Positions 48,651-63,600 are shown, counted from the first letter of the stretch. The stretch: 64,000 bases of DNA from a bacterium (GCA_965213685.1 CBDBZY010000064.1:960001-1024000); one strand, 5' to 3'. Translations and numbers: made by a program. The notes: a model not told the origin generated them from the letters alone.

Positions 48651-49189
48651 TAATATTTATACATGCGTACATATATACAGAGACATGCAAACGTTAAGAG
48701 AACACACAAACGTTATAAGTTATATCTCAGCTTAGAACCATCACATCCACAACCTCTTTTGTCAAGCACCTACGAACTTGCATGTCATTTTTTTTAAATT
48801 TAATTGTAAAGATATTTATTCTTGTCTGAAATTTGTATTATTATTGCATAACTATTGTACGCAGGACTCCCAGGAAGACCAGCTGACGGGACATTTCCTG
48901 TAAAAAATCTATGTATGTATCTAATGCGAACTCTGCACACCCAAGGCAAACCACACTAAGATCAACAACAACAGCGACAATGAAAAGCACTAAAGTGCAA
49001 CAACCCTCGGCGCAGTTACATAGCATGCTACAACAGCCTGCACAGATGATACAAGCATTGCTGGTTTAATACTCAATTGGGCTATAGTCTAGTGTCTTGC
49101 CTTGTCTTTCATGCTGTAGAGTCTGTGCACGTACGCGTGTGGCAATTTTTGAGGCATAATAGACGCATGCCTACGCACTAGCTGTACGG

Positions 49190-49450
49190 ACGTGAGACGG
49201 AGAGTATACGAAACATTGCAACGTGAACAAAATGGCCGACTCGAGCTGGCTTGGTCCCGGGTAAGCTTATAACGCTTCTAACTTTCTAACGAAGCAGTTT
49301 TAGAGAAAATGCCTTGTGAGAAATGTGCTGCTCAAGCCGCAAGTGCCTTCGGTTACACGTCTACTAGCGCCAGCCCGCGGATTAGCTCCCGCGAACGGAC
49401 ACACACACGGGACAACTGCAGTAACCCTCTGGCGCATGCGCGCCGAGGGC
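49190..49450. mobile_element. Helentron-associated (HINE-like) fragment
   Basis: (AC)n followed by GTAACCCTCTGGCGCATGCGCGCCGAGGG hairpin; reverse-oriented relative at about 60020-60230 and a similar hairpin near 52130. Confidence 0.45.
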
Positions 49451-49529
49451 TGTAGTCAAAGTCAAAATCCAAGTATTATGCAATACAAGCCAATAATGGC
49501 ACTGCAGAAAAAAAAATTATATAATTTAA

Positions 49530-50107
49530 GGCAGGACGACCTTTAGACATGATTTTGCCTGATTTATGTTTTATTGTATTCTCCTAATGATGCCTGTTAG
49601 CGAAATAACGTAGTTTTGCGTGATATGTCGGTTCATATATAGAATTATAAAATTTACGCAATATGCATATCGCTAATTATAGAAAAAAAATTTGCCAATA
49701 ACGGCTAATGCTGCAGAGACGAAACTTCGGTGGATGGTTACTAAGCATGTTGGCTATCTAAGTTTGCTTTAAAAATCCCTGCTAAATCTTTCTTTCTACA
49801 CATATAATCGTTTTCTTCGTGCTGCAGAATTTAGAAAAACAGTAGCAAATTCTGCCGTAAAGTAGCAAGCCAAGCCTCGAGCAACCCATTGCGCATAAAC
49901 TAGTTCACTCCCCTTTGGCAAGCATCCACCTCTTCACCGGTTGGCGCCACACAGCGCCGCACGTCCAACGGTAGCGGGAAATATGAATTTTTTCCCAGCG
50001 AATTTGCAACCGCGCCAAAGAATTGCTGTCGTTTTAGCGTTGGTAAATGTGGGGGGAAAGCGACGGTAGAGTAATTGACGAAGAACGCAATCATGACTCG
50101 CCCTCCC
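49530..50107. mobile_element. Kolobok-like MITE, TTAA TSD
   Basis: Near-identical to 20004-20578; TTAA at 49526-49529 and 50108-50111. Confidence 0.85.
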
Positions 50108-52120
50108 TTAAGTTACTGAAAAATATTTTGCATACATGAAAATGTCAGAGTCTGAGCATGAGAGGGAAGAAATAATCCGCTCTGGATCGGAAAGACGTGT
50201 GTGGGTCAGAGTGAAATGATGGAAGTAGGGACCATTGAATGGAGTATCACAGAGATGACAGATACCTTTCCAAAATTGAGGTCCCGTTAGTTCTCGATAA
50301 AGGGCCTGCAGACACTCTGTTCCACGAGGGCCATAGTCAAGGGCCATATCCCACAGCCTCACATTAACAGCTATCTGTGCTGCTATGGCCGTACTACAGT
50401 GGTCGCTGGCCTCCGTGATGCAGGAGTCCCAGTCTGTCTGCAAGATTTCTCGTTTCTTCTCTCTCAGAGATGACTGGGAGTTGAGTAGAGAATCCGTACA
50501 GCCTCAACAGGAAAGCTTCTCCTTCAGGTGTCGGCATTCCTGCATGAGTCTGAGGGATCCCTGAGGTAGACTGGAAAAGATTTGGCTGCCTATAGTGCCC
50601 TCCCCTTCACTCAGCTTTGTCAGAAGGCTCAACTTGGAGATGAGAATTCTCGCGGTGATGGAAGGCCATCTGAGGCCTAGACGTATGGAGAGGGTGGAGT
50701 GATGTCTTGACAGTTTCAGACTCTGACGTCCGATTTCTCCCTGAAAGGATTCCAACTGGTGTAGCATTTAGTCTGTCAGCACCCAGTTTTCACAGCCAAA
50801 CAGTAGAGTGGGTATGACACAGGTTTCATAGATACTTCTACCTAAGATTGGATTCACCTAACCCTGAAATGCTCCGATTGGCCCGAAGGCAAAAAATGCC
50901 CGCCTTGCCTTCTTGATGGCCTCGTCCACGGCCTTGGTGCAGAGAGATCCCAACACCACCAGTAGCCTAGGCACTTGGCATTGAGCTGTGGCACCAGACC
51001 ATTGCCTTCAAGTGCAGCAATAGGTGCAGTTGTAGCTGGCTTAGAGGGAGAGATTAGTACGACCTCACACTTTGTGGGGTTCAGGGTTAGTCCGTTATTC
51101 GCAGCAAAAGTGCACATGGTGTTGATCTGCTCTTGTAGAGTCGTCCGAGAGCTGCTGATAGTGCGTATATCATCAGCATGGATGAAACCTCCTACATATA
51201 TGTCACCAACCAATGGACCTAGATCGTTACTCTGTAGGGATTTCAAGAGAGGGTCCATTGTCAGCAGGAAGAGCACTGGGGAGAGGACGGAGCCTTGAAG
51301 AACTTTGCACTCTAATGTGAATGGTGAGGAAAGCACCCCATTCACTCTCACCATGCTCTTTGGTGATGTGTACCAGCTTCGCAAGATCCTCCAGGCCTTG
51401 CCATTCACCCCCGACTCATAGAGGTGCTTCAGGAGTACTGGATACTGGATGGAATCTTGTAAGTCATAAAAGCACATGTACACCTTTTCAGAGCACTGGG
51501 AGTATGTGGATATCACTTCCATGGTGGAAAATATTGCCTCTGTACATGATACTCCTTTGCGGTAGGCTGTCTGGTTGGGATGTGGTATGTTCTTTCCAAG
51601 AAATGACACTGCAACCGTGTTAGAGTGAGTGCCTCCAACACTTTGGCAAGCACGGAAGTTAGCATGACTCCACGATAGCTGTTTGTATTGAGGGGGTCCT
51701 TCTCACCTCCTTTGTATACTGGTGTTATGATTCCAGTCTTGAGTGATGTGGGTATGCTTTCCGCTTCTATGATTGCATTGCAGATCTGCAGGACCCAGTC
51801 CCGGAGTGTTGGTCCACCATACTTCAGGTGCTTGGCCTTTATCCCATCATGTCCAGCGGCCTAGCCAAGTTTCAGCTTCTTCAAGACACTGTCGACCTCC
51901 TCAGCCACAAATGGAACATCAAACAGGTAGTCTTCATTGTCTAGGGAGTTCAACATCAGTGTTTCAACTTCGTCCTCTGAGCTGTATGTGGCTGTTGACT
52001 GTCCTGAGTTAGTGGAACTCAGCACTCGAAAGTGATCTTCCCACATTTCTAAAATGGTTTTTGGATCCGTTACAACTTCTTCATCCTTGAGTAGTGATAG
52101 GCATGGTCGTCGTTTCGTTG
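50108..52120 (-). mobile_element. RTEX/L2-like LINE, RT and C-terminal region, decayed
   Basis: ORF 50854..51609 with QTAYRKG, VLQGSVLSPVLF, FIHADDI; upstream SYRGVMLTSVLAK; C-terminal CHLCD. Confidence 0.85.
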
Positions 52121-52300
52121 ATGGAATCTGTAACCCTCGCTGCGCATGCGCGCCGAAGGTTAAAAAACGCCGAACAGGGTTACAAATCGGTTGTAGCCCT
52201 GCGGGTAGGGTTACAACCAGTTGTATCCCTGCGGTGGGGACTAATAAGCACTTACTAAGATTCTGTTTTCATAGTCAAAACACTTTTAGCACCATATCAT

Positions 52301-52883
52301 TAGTCTCGCTCCCAGGCCCTCTGATTGTTACGCGCGACCTTTGACCCCCATGGCTTAGGATAGCAGAGAGACTGGGCTCCGAAAGAGCGTACGTGACGTC
52401 ACAGGTACAAATTGGCGTTGGCGAAACGCGCACGTGCAGTAACGTCGCCCACGCGTCATGCCCTCTAAATCACCCTTCACGTAGGCCCGCATAGTTCGCG
52501 TACGCTGGAAGAGCCTGATCGATCGCCCAGCACAGAGCCGCTCTCTTCTTTCCAGGAATTCTCCGTTGTCAGTGTTTACCCGACGTCGAGTTTCAGGTAC
52601 AATGCATACAAACGTGCGCATAGTTCTACCTCGCTCTGCGATGGACTCTAAGTGCCACACAGAATCATCCTATACATCTCATCTACGAGTCTTTGTTGTA
52701 TAAAGAACCACTCTGTGTTCGAGTTTAGAAAGCAAAATCGGCACCTCACGTGAATGTGGTTTGCCCGCCCACGTTAATTAAACGTCTCGCGTTTACGCTA
52801 TTTCGGAGCCCAGGTTCTCCCCCCTCCTATTTTTACGAGTTCAAAGGTCACGCATCAACATCGCGTGCGGGAGGACGAGGCTA
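52301..52883. mobile_element. 583-bp Academ-like MITE, 9-bp TSD
   Basis: ccatatcat[TAGTCTCG...CGAGGCTA]ccatatcat; empty site in the reverse copy of the host repeat near 14123-14131. Confidence 0.82.
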
Positions 52884-53679
52884 CCATATCATATGTAGCA
52901 GAGAAGGTGATGCAGTTGATAACACGCCCACATCGGGATGTATCGGATTACAATCACTCCGCCCTCAGGCGTCGTGATTGTAAATCCGATACATCCCTCG
53001 TGGGCGTGTTATAACTATTACACAACAACAGCAAACAAGGACAAAACAACACTAAACAAGCACTCGGAACGGTGCAACACGACAAGCCCAATACACCCAA
53101 AACAGAGAAGAGCACTCGGAGAGAACGACACTCAAAACTCACAAAAATAGGATCTATTTATAGCCCCGTTTATAAGTAGCGTTTAACCCGGTTCCGGATC
53201 CTAATCCGGATTCGGTTTGTAAACCGGGTTACGTAACCCACTCCCGGATGTGGGATTAAGCGGGAGAATTCGCGCAAACCTCGTGCGTGCGGTATGTAAA
53301 AGCAGCCGTCGCGGTTTGTATCCTGAGTAGCGCCAGCACTAGCCGAGGTTCCTTGTGGGAGGAGGACGAGAGTAAAAGAGGTACTGGGGTAGCCCAGCCT
53401 AGCCAGGCTCCTACTACAGCAGTGTTTCAATATCTATGTCAGAAATCACTACTGAGTATCTTGTCCCGTATAAGCACTGAAAATTTCGAGAGGATCAAAG
53501 GCCTTCAGTAGAGGAAGAAGATACACCAATCATGATTGTCAGCCCCCAGTTAGATTTGTGCAATGGATTATAAGGAAATGTTTTAAATGAGGTCAGTATT
53601 CATCCATAAGGCAGTCCCATTTTAGTATATTGTAGTTTACTTACAGCAGGATTACGTCAAAGGTCTCTTGCATGGATGG

Positions 53680-55301
53680 TAGTCTCGCGAGCAGACGGAA
53701 TATGCGTCTGGCAGCACTCCGTGGACGTCGCCGAAATGTTGGCGCCACCAATCAGATTGCAGTACTCACATAATTACTGCGTTTAATCCCATGTGTACGG
53801 GAGACGTGGCAGATAGAGAACTAGTCTCGTTCCCAGACCCCTCACGTGCGCCCGCCCGAAAAGAGGATCTGGCAACTGTACAACATCTTGCTCAACCCTA
53901 TGACGTGGCCGTCCGGAATGTGGGATGGTCAATCACAGCGCAGCATTCTTCAATTATACGTTCCTTCGCCGTAATTACCCGTTCAACATGTCGGATGCCA
54001 GTGGTAGTGGACGTTGTCTTGTACCTACACTCAACGCGTATCTCCCAAAGACATCGATCGACGCAGCTATTGGTGAAGCAGTGCCATGACTTCAGTACAG
54101 CAGAGCGACTGAGAAGCAAACCAGCGCCATTAGAGAGTTCGTGACTGGGAGAGACGTGTTGGTCGTTTTAGAGAAGCAGACCAGTGCTATCAAAGCATTC
54201 GTGACTGGGAGAGACGCGTTGGTCGTTTTGCCAACGGGCAGTGGCAAGTCGCTCAGCATCAACCCCCTTGTGGAGTATTTTCTCACTTGGTCCTCCATTA
54301 CTGACTGGAGCGGACAGACTACAACTACGAATTACTTTGCTGATAACTACGATGGAGGGAGAGCCAGTCTGTGCGCCCAAAATGTCAAATGCATAGGGAA
54401 GAGCGACTTGCCACCGCCCGTTGGCAAAACGACCAACACGTCTCTCCCAGCCACGAACTCTCTGATAGCACTGGTTTGCTTCTCAGTCGCTCTGCTGTAC
54501 TGAAGTCTTGGCACTGCTTCACCAATAGCTGCGTCGATCGATGTCTTTGGGAGATACGCGTTGAGTGTAGGTACAAGACAACAGCCACTACCACTAGCAT
54601 CCGACATGTTGAACGGGTACCGTAAACGTTCGAATTACAGCGCCATCCAATACTAAGCGCCACTTGTACATTACTAAATTTTTTCTTTCAAATAGTAGCG
54701 CCAATGTCTAACCTGAATTTATTTTGTGGCGCTTAGTAAATTGTGACGCCCATCTGACTGTTCTGACTCGTTCTAATTAAGAAGCGCCACCCGAATTATA
54801 GCGCCACCTAGAAAGGACAGTATTTTATACAGTTCGTATTTAAGCGCCAAGGTGAAATGTAGTTTTCTTTTTGGCGCTGTAATTCGAACGTTTACGGTAA
54901 TTACGGCTAAGGAACGTATAATTGAATAATGCTGCGCTGTGATTGGCCATCCCACATTTCGGACGGCCACGTCATAGGGTCGAGCAAGATGTTGTATAGT
55001 TGCTAGATCCTCTTTTCGGGCGGGCGCACGTGAGGGTCTGGGAACGAGAACAGAATGGCGCTCTCAGAGAAACCAATCGACGATGCTGTAGCCACTGCAA
55101 CAAGACCGTCCTACAAAGCAAACACGCTGGCAGATCTCTGACACCCGAAGTCGCCGTCTGCCATCTGTCTACTCGAGGCGCAAAAGGGTTAACTAGAGTC
55201 TACGTCTGTTATACGGAATAATCACATTCCTCCAGTACACGCAATGCTGGCCATAGTCACCAGACGTAATTCCCCGCGTATTACGTCTGCTCGCGAGACT
55301 A
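53680..55301. mobile_element. 1622-bp AcademH-like element, 9-bp TSD, with nested palindromic RecQ-fragment element
   Basis: catggatgg[TAGTCTCGCGAGCAGACG...CGTCTGCTCGCGAGACTA]catggatgg; inner palindrome 53822-55049 whose arms encode QTSAIREFVAGRDVLVVLPTGGGKSL. Confidence 0.85.
54620..54897. mobile_element. 278-bp pogo/Tigger-like MITE, TA TSD
   Basis: TA[CCGTAAACGTTCGAATTACAGCGCC...GGCGCTGTAATTCGAACGTTTACGG]TA; the opposite palindrome arm (near 53975) shows the empty site. Confidence 0.88.
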
Positions 55302-55845
55302 CATGGATGGGAGAATGCAGCAGCATTGTCAGTCCCCATTTGTTTCCTTTTCTAGATTTACATGAGGTCAAACACTGGGCCCCATGTCATGTAGCTTGAC
55401 GTTCAGAAAGGTTTCGCTTGCATAAAAACTCCCCATGCACTACAGTATATAGGTGGTGCTCTTTACGTTTACGTTTTACGTTCTTGCGTAAAATCTCCCC
55501 ATGTATAGTACTACACTGGGATTATTTTACATGCATAAAATTGTTGCATAAAATGCCCCCATGATTAAATCATGGTAGATGTCACGTAAAAGCTTCCCAT
55601 GATTAACCCATGCGTAAAATCTCCCCATGATTTTTCTACTTTTATGCAAACATCTGTAGGACCGATATGCCCCTAAGAATTGCATCACTGGGCTTCACTT
55701 CCGAGTATGATCCCAATGCAACAGAATCTTAGAAAATTGAGGTGAACAGGCCACATAAATCAAAACTCATCCCTGCCTGCACGTATTTTGGGCTGAGCTG
55801 GTTCGAGCTTTGATGCAACTGCAAATGCGTCCGACCCGCCCATAG

Positions 55846-57885
55846 TTTTTTTTTGTTTTTTTTTATAATAACTTTCTGCACATGGCAAGGCAGCACCAAT
55901 AGCTGTAAGCTAATACACAAGTGCAACCAAAGCAATGAATACATTAAGAAAATAAGGGAGATATAAGTAACTTAAAAGTATGTATATTACTGGCTGAGAC
56001 AGCATCATGAGGTAGGTTGTTCCAAAGTTTAGCACCTTTAAAAAGAAATGTGGAGAACAAAGTGGCATGGTTGGCAAAAGGGACCATAAGTGCTCAGTGA
56101 TGGTGGTGCCTATGAGGGTGGTGAGTTTGAAGAGGTTTTGGTGTGCCCTCTAGTGGAGGAAAATAAACAAAATCGTTTACAATACTAAAAAATGTACATA
56201 ATGATAAGAAGCTCCTTCTGTTTTCCAAAGATGGAAGCTGAAAAGTGTCAAGTAAAATTTCATATCTTGCATAATACTGTTTTGTGGCAATCTTCAAAGC
56301 AAACTTTTGAATGTTCTCAAGAACCTTAACATCCTTTGATGAGTGGGGGCCCCAGACCTGAGAAGCATACTCAAGTGATGGACGAACGAGCGACAAATAC
56401 AGCTGTAGAATAACGTGGGGTGATGAGGAAGTGTGTGAAAAGTTTCTATAAATTATTCCCAACTTCTTTCTTGTAGATTTACAAATTCGCTCAATATGTG
56501 GGGACCAGCGAAGGTTAGATGAAATGGTAACACCAAGATATTTGTATTGTTTTACCTGTTCAAGATTTTCATTGTTCAGCAAAAGTGGTTGGTGGTCTGA
56601 ATTCCTTTTATTTGTTCAGAGCATACATTTGCACTTCTCAGTATTCAGAGACACCAGATTAATCGACGTCCACATAGAGATGTTGTTGATGTCTATCTGA
56701 AGCTCATGAAAGGAGGAACTAGTAACAATGGGTTTGTACAGTAATACATCGTCAGCATAAAGGGATATCTTTGAACTTTCAGAGAACTCTAGGGAGAGGA
56801 TTGTGTCTATGTATATGAGGAATAGTAATGGCCCTAAAACAGAGCCTTGTGGTACACCTGATAGTACATATTTTGAGGAAGAGGATTGTCCATTTACAAC
56901 AACATGTTGACATCTTCTGCTCAGGTAGCTACACAGCCAAGCTAAAAGAGTAAGGTGTATTCCAAGTTCAACCAGTCTTGTCATGAGTCTGCGATGGGGA
57001 AAAGTATTGAAGGTTTTTCGAAAGTCAAAGAAAACACACATGACATCCTTCCGCTGATCCAGAAATCTATGCCAATCATGAGTAGTTGCAAGTAGAGATG
57101 TTACAGTGCACCTTCCTGATTGAAAGCCCCATTGATTGACAGAGAGAGGAGCATGATTGATCAGATGATCCCAAAGTAACGTGTACACATATCTTTCCAG
57201 CATCTTGCTAACAATAGGTAGCAGAGAAATTGGTCTGTAGTTAGATACATCTGATTTGTTGTGTGTGAATGTTTTGGTATCTGCATATGCAATGTTGCTA
57301 ATAAATTAGATCAGATGATCCCAAAGTAACGTGTACACATATCTTTCCAGCATCTTGCTAACAATAGGTAGCAGAGAAATTGGTCTGTAGTTAGATACAT
57401 CTGATTTGTTGTGTGTGAATGTTTTGGTATCTGCATATGCAATGTTGCTAATAAATTTCTGTTTACTGTGGCGTAAAAGTTTCACTACTTTTTTTCACAT
57501 TTTCTTATACTGAAACATGTCAGAGGTTTTCTTAGACTTTTTAGCCCTTCGAAATAAAGAATTTCGCTTTCGAATACATTTCCTGATATGAGAAGTTAAC
57601 CACGGAAGATTACGCTTGGTTGGGAGATATCTGGTAGGTATACACTGCTCCATAATGGTTAGAAACATATTTGTCCACCTCGTAGCAACTATACCAATGT
57701 CATCACTTGAGAGAATACTGTTCCAGTCTGTTTCAGCAATACATTTTTGAGCTTTAAGATAATCACCTTGTTTGTAAAGCCAGATCTTTCTGGACTTCGT
57801 TGGATTGGCTGGACGTAGTTTCCACTGCAGTGATATTGAAACTCCAAGGTGATCTAAAGTAGATAATGGAGGAACTGTAGTACGT
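55846..57885 (-). mobile_element. 5'-truncated CR1/L2-group LINE with A-rich tail
   Basis: NYRPISLL, QWGFQSG, SGVPQGSVLGPLLF, LYADDVL, KYLGV, VRPSLEYASQVW; 150-bp tandem duplication 57159-57308/57309-57457. Confidence 0.9.
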
Positions 57886-58303
57886 GTACATACAAAAGCT
57901 TTCTAAACTCCTCAGCGCTAGCGTTTTAGGCCATTACCTATGTATGTGACCGGATCTGCGAAAACCGACCATCTTGTAAAAAAAGTAAATTAGAGATATG
58001 GGCGCTTGAACATGGTCATGTTGTTCCAGACCCATAGGCTCCAACTGTCCCGGAATCTCCGGGAGAGTCCCGGATTTCTTGCTCTTGTCCCGGGTCTCGG
58101 AAGGCCCTATAGTTTGTCCCGGAAGTAAACTGGGCAGTCGCACTTATTACTACAGGTGATCAGAATGAGCAATAGCACGTGTAGAACTATTGGCTACTGT
58201 TAGCTAGCAGTAGCCAGCTACTCGTTATACAGTCTGCGACTACGAGTAATCTTGTCGCTGGACGTGCCCAATCATTAAAAAAGGCGTGGTCATTAGTGCT
58301 TAA

Positions 58304-58876
58304 GGCAGGACGACCCTAAGACATGATTTTGCCTGATTTATGTTTTATTGTATTCTCCTAATGATGCCTGTTACCGAAATAACGTAGTTTTGCGCGATAT
58401 GTCGGTTCATAGATTTATATAATTTACGCAATATGCATATCGCTAATAATAGCAAAAAATTTGCCAATAACGGCTAATGCTGCAGAGACGAAACTTCGGT
58501 GGATGATTACTAAGCATGTTGGCTATCTAAGTTTGCTTTAAAAACCCGTGCTAAATCTTTCTTTCTAGACATATAATCGTTTTCTTCGTGCTGCAGAATT
58601 TAGAAAAACGGTAGCAAATTCTGCCGTAAAGTAGCAAGCCAAGCCTCGAGCAACCCATTGCGCATAAACTAGTTCACTCCCCTTTGGCGAGCATCCACCT
58701 CCTCACCGGTTGGCGCCACACAGCGCCGCACGTCCAACGGTAGCGGGAAATATGAATTTTTTCCCAGCGAATTTGCAACCGCGCCAAAGAACTGCTGTCG
58801 TTTTAGCGTTGGTAAATGTAGGGGGAAAGCGACGGTAGAGTAATTGACGAAGAACGCAATCATGACTCGCCCTCCC
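58304..58876. mobile_element. Kolobok-like MITE, TTAA TSD
   Basis: Near-identical to 20004-20578; TTAA at 58300-58303 and 58877-58880. Confidence 0.85.
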
Positions 58877-58924
58877 TTAAAGACGTGGTATGGGCGGAGT
58901 TTAAATAGTTAGCGGGTGTGGTTT

Positions 58925-59828
<904 letters not shown>

Positions 59829-60663
59829 AATTAGTCGTGGTCCCGGTAGCTGCGCTGGAAAAGTTGGAGCCTATGCAGACACAAACAATTTTTATTGCAC
59901 GATTGTACGTCTAGGTCCTTTAGCTACATCGTGGTGAAGTTTAACAGTCATCAGCGCTTCCATTTGTGGGCGATAGCGTGAAACATTCAGCCTATTCGAG
60001 CGCCCCGCTATAGTCTAGTATAGCATGCGCCAGACAGAGGGTTACTGCAGTTGTTCTGTGTGTCCGTCTCTGTCTGTGTGTGTATGTCTGTCCGCGGGAG
60101 TTAATCTGGGAACTGGCTAGTAGACGTCTAACCGAAAGCACTAACGGGTTGAGCGGCACATTTGTTCACGTTGCGTATACATCTCCGTTTCACGTCCGTA
60201 AAGCTAGTGCGACAATGTTCAAAGTTTATAGTTCAAAGTTCAAGTATTATACAATACAACCCAACAATGGCACTGCACATGTGCAACAAATAAATAATAA
60301 TATAATTTAGAAAATATTTTGCATACATGAAAATGTCAGAGTTTGAGCATGAGAGGGAAGTAATAATCCGCTCTGGATCGGAAAGATGTGTGTCGGTCCA
60401 TGCCGATGCCGTGCATGATGTCCCGCGTAAGCGCATGCATGTACGAGGCTATATGCGCACACGCGTACGTGCACAGACTCAACAACATGCAAGACAAGGC
60501 AGGACACGACTACAGTGGAACCCCTCTAAAGCGGACACCAGGTTATTTTTTGTCCGTTAAGCTCAAGGGTTTAGGTGCTCAAGTGCGTGAATGCGCGCGC
60601 ATGTAGCTAGTGTCCGTCTGTAAGCTTATAGCAGGCTATACACACTCATAGGCTGGGGTCAAG

Positions 60664-61080
60664 ATGGCAAATCAGCCTGTATTATGTATAACAAACGCAG
60701 CTGCTAGTTGTGTGAGTAAGCAGTCCAGTGATTGTGCAACTTGCAAGATGCCGCCTAAGAGGACGCGGTCTCTTGTGAAGACGCCTGCAGGACAGGTGTC
60801 TGCTCAGACGCAAGCAAATATAGAACACTGTGCTTTGTGCTGTCATAAAATTGTGCAGAACAAGGAGGATGTCTTGTTTTGTACTGGCAAGTGCAACGGT
60901 CCGATTCACCGTTACTGTCTTGGTGTCTTTGTTCTTCTGTTGGAGGAAATGAAAACGACTTCTGCGACGGCCACTGCACCTATCCCTGGTACCAAGCGAG
61001 TACAATTTTTGTGCCTCGTAAGCACACAGCAAGCTCAGAAAGAAGAGGTCCATGAGCTTAAAAGCATAATCGCTGCTTGA
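60664..61080 (+). mobile_element. PHD-finger plus coiled-coil ORF1-like fragment of a CR1/L2-group LINE
   Basis: CALC..LFCTGKCNGPIHRYC..FLCLVS..EVHELKSIIA; cut off by the LINE starting near 61133. Confidence 0.55.
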
Positions 61081-61132
61081 AGATGCAAGACTTGCAAGAC
61101 ACTGTGCAAAAGCTGTCTGCATCTGTTGCTTC

Positions 61133-61990
61133 TTTTTTTTTTTTTGTATAACACTTTTTGATATGCAAATGCAACATACCAAAGGATATACAAAATAGCA
61201 GATGCTAATGAATGGTATACCCTATACTCAAGTTACTATAAATTTAATCTACACAGTACCTATACACATTATACATGTACTGAGTGCAGGTAATCCAAAA
61301 GTAGTTTCTTGAACTGAAAAAGTGTTGGGGCCTGCACAATATGTAGGGGGAGGTTGTTCCACAAAGAACACAAAAGTGGGATGAAGGATGATTTGAAAGC
61401 ATTAGAACGAGCAAAAGGCTGAACTAGTTTAAGACATGAGGTAGATCTTATTGAAACAGGTTTCTTGAAATTCAATATGTTTGGAGGGAAGAACATCTGG
61501 TTGTGAATGATCTTGTAGAAAGTACATAAGCTCAAATATTCCCGCCGTGCAGCCAAAGTCAGGATCTTGGAGTTCAGAAGCAAATCTCCATAACAAAGAT
61601 CCCACTGTCTGGTACATATACGAAGTGCCATTTTTTGAGTGTTTTCCAACTCATCAATGTTCTTCTTTAGGTGTGGGTTCCATACCTGGCTTGCATACTC
61701 CATATGTGGACGAACAATTGAGGAATAGAGTTTCATGAACTGTTGTGGATTTATAAGCCCATAAAATTGTCTGTACAGCAATCCCAGGAGTTTACGTACC
61801 TTTCGAGCAGTGTTATGAATGTGTTCTGACCAGGATAGGGTTGAAGTGATGGTTACACCCAAATATTGAAACTCATGTACTCTTTCAATTTCCGCTGCTC
61901 CGATGGTTAAGACAGGTGGCTCTGCTCTCAGTTTTTTCTTGTTGGAGAGAATCATGTATTTGCTTTTCTGTCCATTGAAGTTTAAATGTT
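61133..61990 (-). mobile_element. 5'-truncated CR1/L2-group LINE 3' end with poly(A)
   Basis: ORF 61269..61955: FQYLGVTI, IVRPHMEYASQVWNP, SFIP..LWNNLP. Confidence 0.88.
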
Positions 61991-62039
61991 TGCTTCTTGT
62001 TGCAACGCTGGTCTCCCTTCGTCGTTTGCTGCTGTTACA

Positions 62040-62520
62040 ACATCAACAAGATCAGCATCGAGACTTGGGTATCATTATGTCCAATAATCTCAGCTGGAGT
62101 GCCCACTGCAGTCCAATGCCTACAAAATGCTTAATCTACTGCGACATGTTTTTAGCACAAACCATTGTCCTCAGAATAAAAGAGCTCTTTATGTATCACT
62201 AACATAAATTCTAAACTCATGTACAACTCTCCCCTTTGGCGTCCACAATTTATAAAAGTATAGTCATTGAACTAGTTCATGGTGAGCAACGAAGTACATT
62301 AAGTGACTATTCATCTTCTGCCTCAAGTTACTGCCTTTAACAATGTAGTTTGAACTGAACGATGTACTTTTCTTTATAAACTGTCACAAACACCCGACAA
62401 ATGCTTTCAACATACATGAATATGTTATGTTTAGTAGTCACACTCCAAGGTGTACTTCTGCTCTTAAACTGAAACATTCCATTACCAAAACAAATTTGGA
62501 ACGCCATTCATATTTCAACA
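62040..62520 (+). mobile_element. Decayed CR1/L2-group fragment
   Basis: HRDLGIIMSNNLSWS..., FELNDVLFFI..., KLKHS..YFN; related to 30430-30960. Confidence 0.65.
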
Positions 62521-63270
62521 AGTATTAATTTTAAAAAAGGTTGAAAGATGTAGGGATGGCTGTGCCAAAAACCACAGAAACTAGGTGTAGGGATGGCAGT
62601 GTGCAGGCAAGACATGTTAATACAAAGACTACACAAGTAACCCCATCCCTACATCTTTTTTATACCTGATATGATATTGTGGGCTATGCATGCCATTAGG
62701 CTTTTGAGAATAGCAGTTTGAAGCAAAAAGATGTAGGGATGGGGTTACTTGTGTAGTCTTTGTATAACATGTCTTGCCTGCACACTTCCATCCCTACACC
62801 TAGTTTCTGTGGTTTTTGTCACAGCCATCCCTATATCTTTCAACATTTAAAAAAGTATTTTTAATACTTGTTTGTATCCTTTTCCTGTACAAAAGTTCAC
62901 TAAAGTATTCTGTTATTGCAAGCTTCTTTCAGAATCCCTGAAACAAATCATAACAGCCACTGCTACCTGTCAGGAACAGAGTAGAAAGGGGCTTAACCGT
63001 AAGGAGCTTGACCACCATCACGGCAGTTTGAAGTTGGGGGGCTGAGCCCCTCCAAAAGGTCCTGAGCTAAAGTGGCTACCTTACTGGCTAACTCGTTCCC
63101 GCTACATTAACATTTTTGTACAATAGAATAGCGAAGATAGACACTGCTCCAACCTCTCTCATATCAGTGACAACACCAGCCTGTGCTACTCAAGAGCCTA
63201 AAATTAATAGGCGTGGCTTCGCGAGACCTGCCCTCATGTGCTTACAGTTTGCACCACATGACAATAATTA
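62521..63270. mobile_element. Diverged partial member of the GTAGGGATGG foldback family
   Basis: Hairpin at about 62521-62868 followed by sequence similar to 19070-19470. Confidence 0.75.
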
Positions 63271-63379
63271 CGTTGTGAAAGTTGGCTATGTGAAGACATC
63301 GGTCCATCAGAATGCTCCACAGGAATACCATCGAGTATGCGGATTTTGAGAGGGCCAACAAAATGTCAGGTGGCCTATG

Positions 63380-63600
63380 CCTTAGATTCTTAATATTCTG
63401 TTCTGGAGACCCTTGATGTTTCTATTTTTTCAACATTTTTGTTGGTTGTGACTTCAATGTTGATTTTTCAAACAAGCAGCATCCTCTCTTTTATAAGTTC
63501 CTCACTATAATTATTGGATAGTTTTTACTGATGCAGGTGGTACTTGGTCCAACTCACACCAGTTTCTAAGAAAACTAAACACTTATAGACTTAGTTCAAT
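63380..63600 (+). mobile_element. AP-endonuclease relic of a LINE
   Basis: DFNVDF, QVVLGPTH and TLIDLV motifs in broken frames. Confidence 0.45.

Noticed and set aside
55370-55680. Repeated AAAA..CCCCATG motifs
   Set aside because: Looks like the subterminal array of a TE fragment, but no partner end or TSD could be identified.
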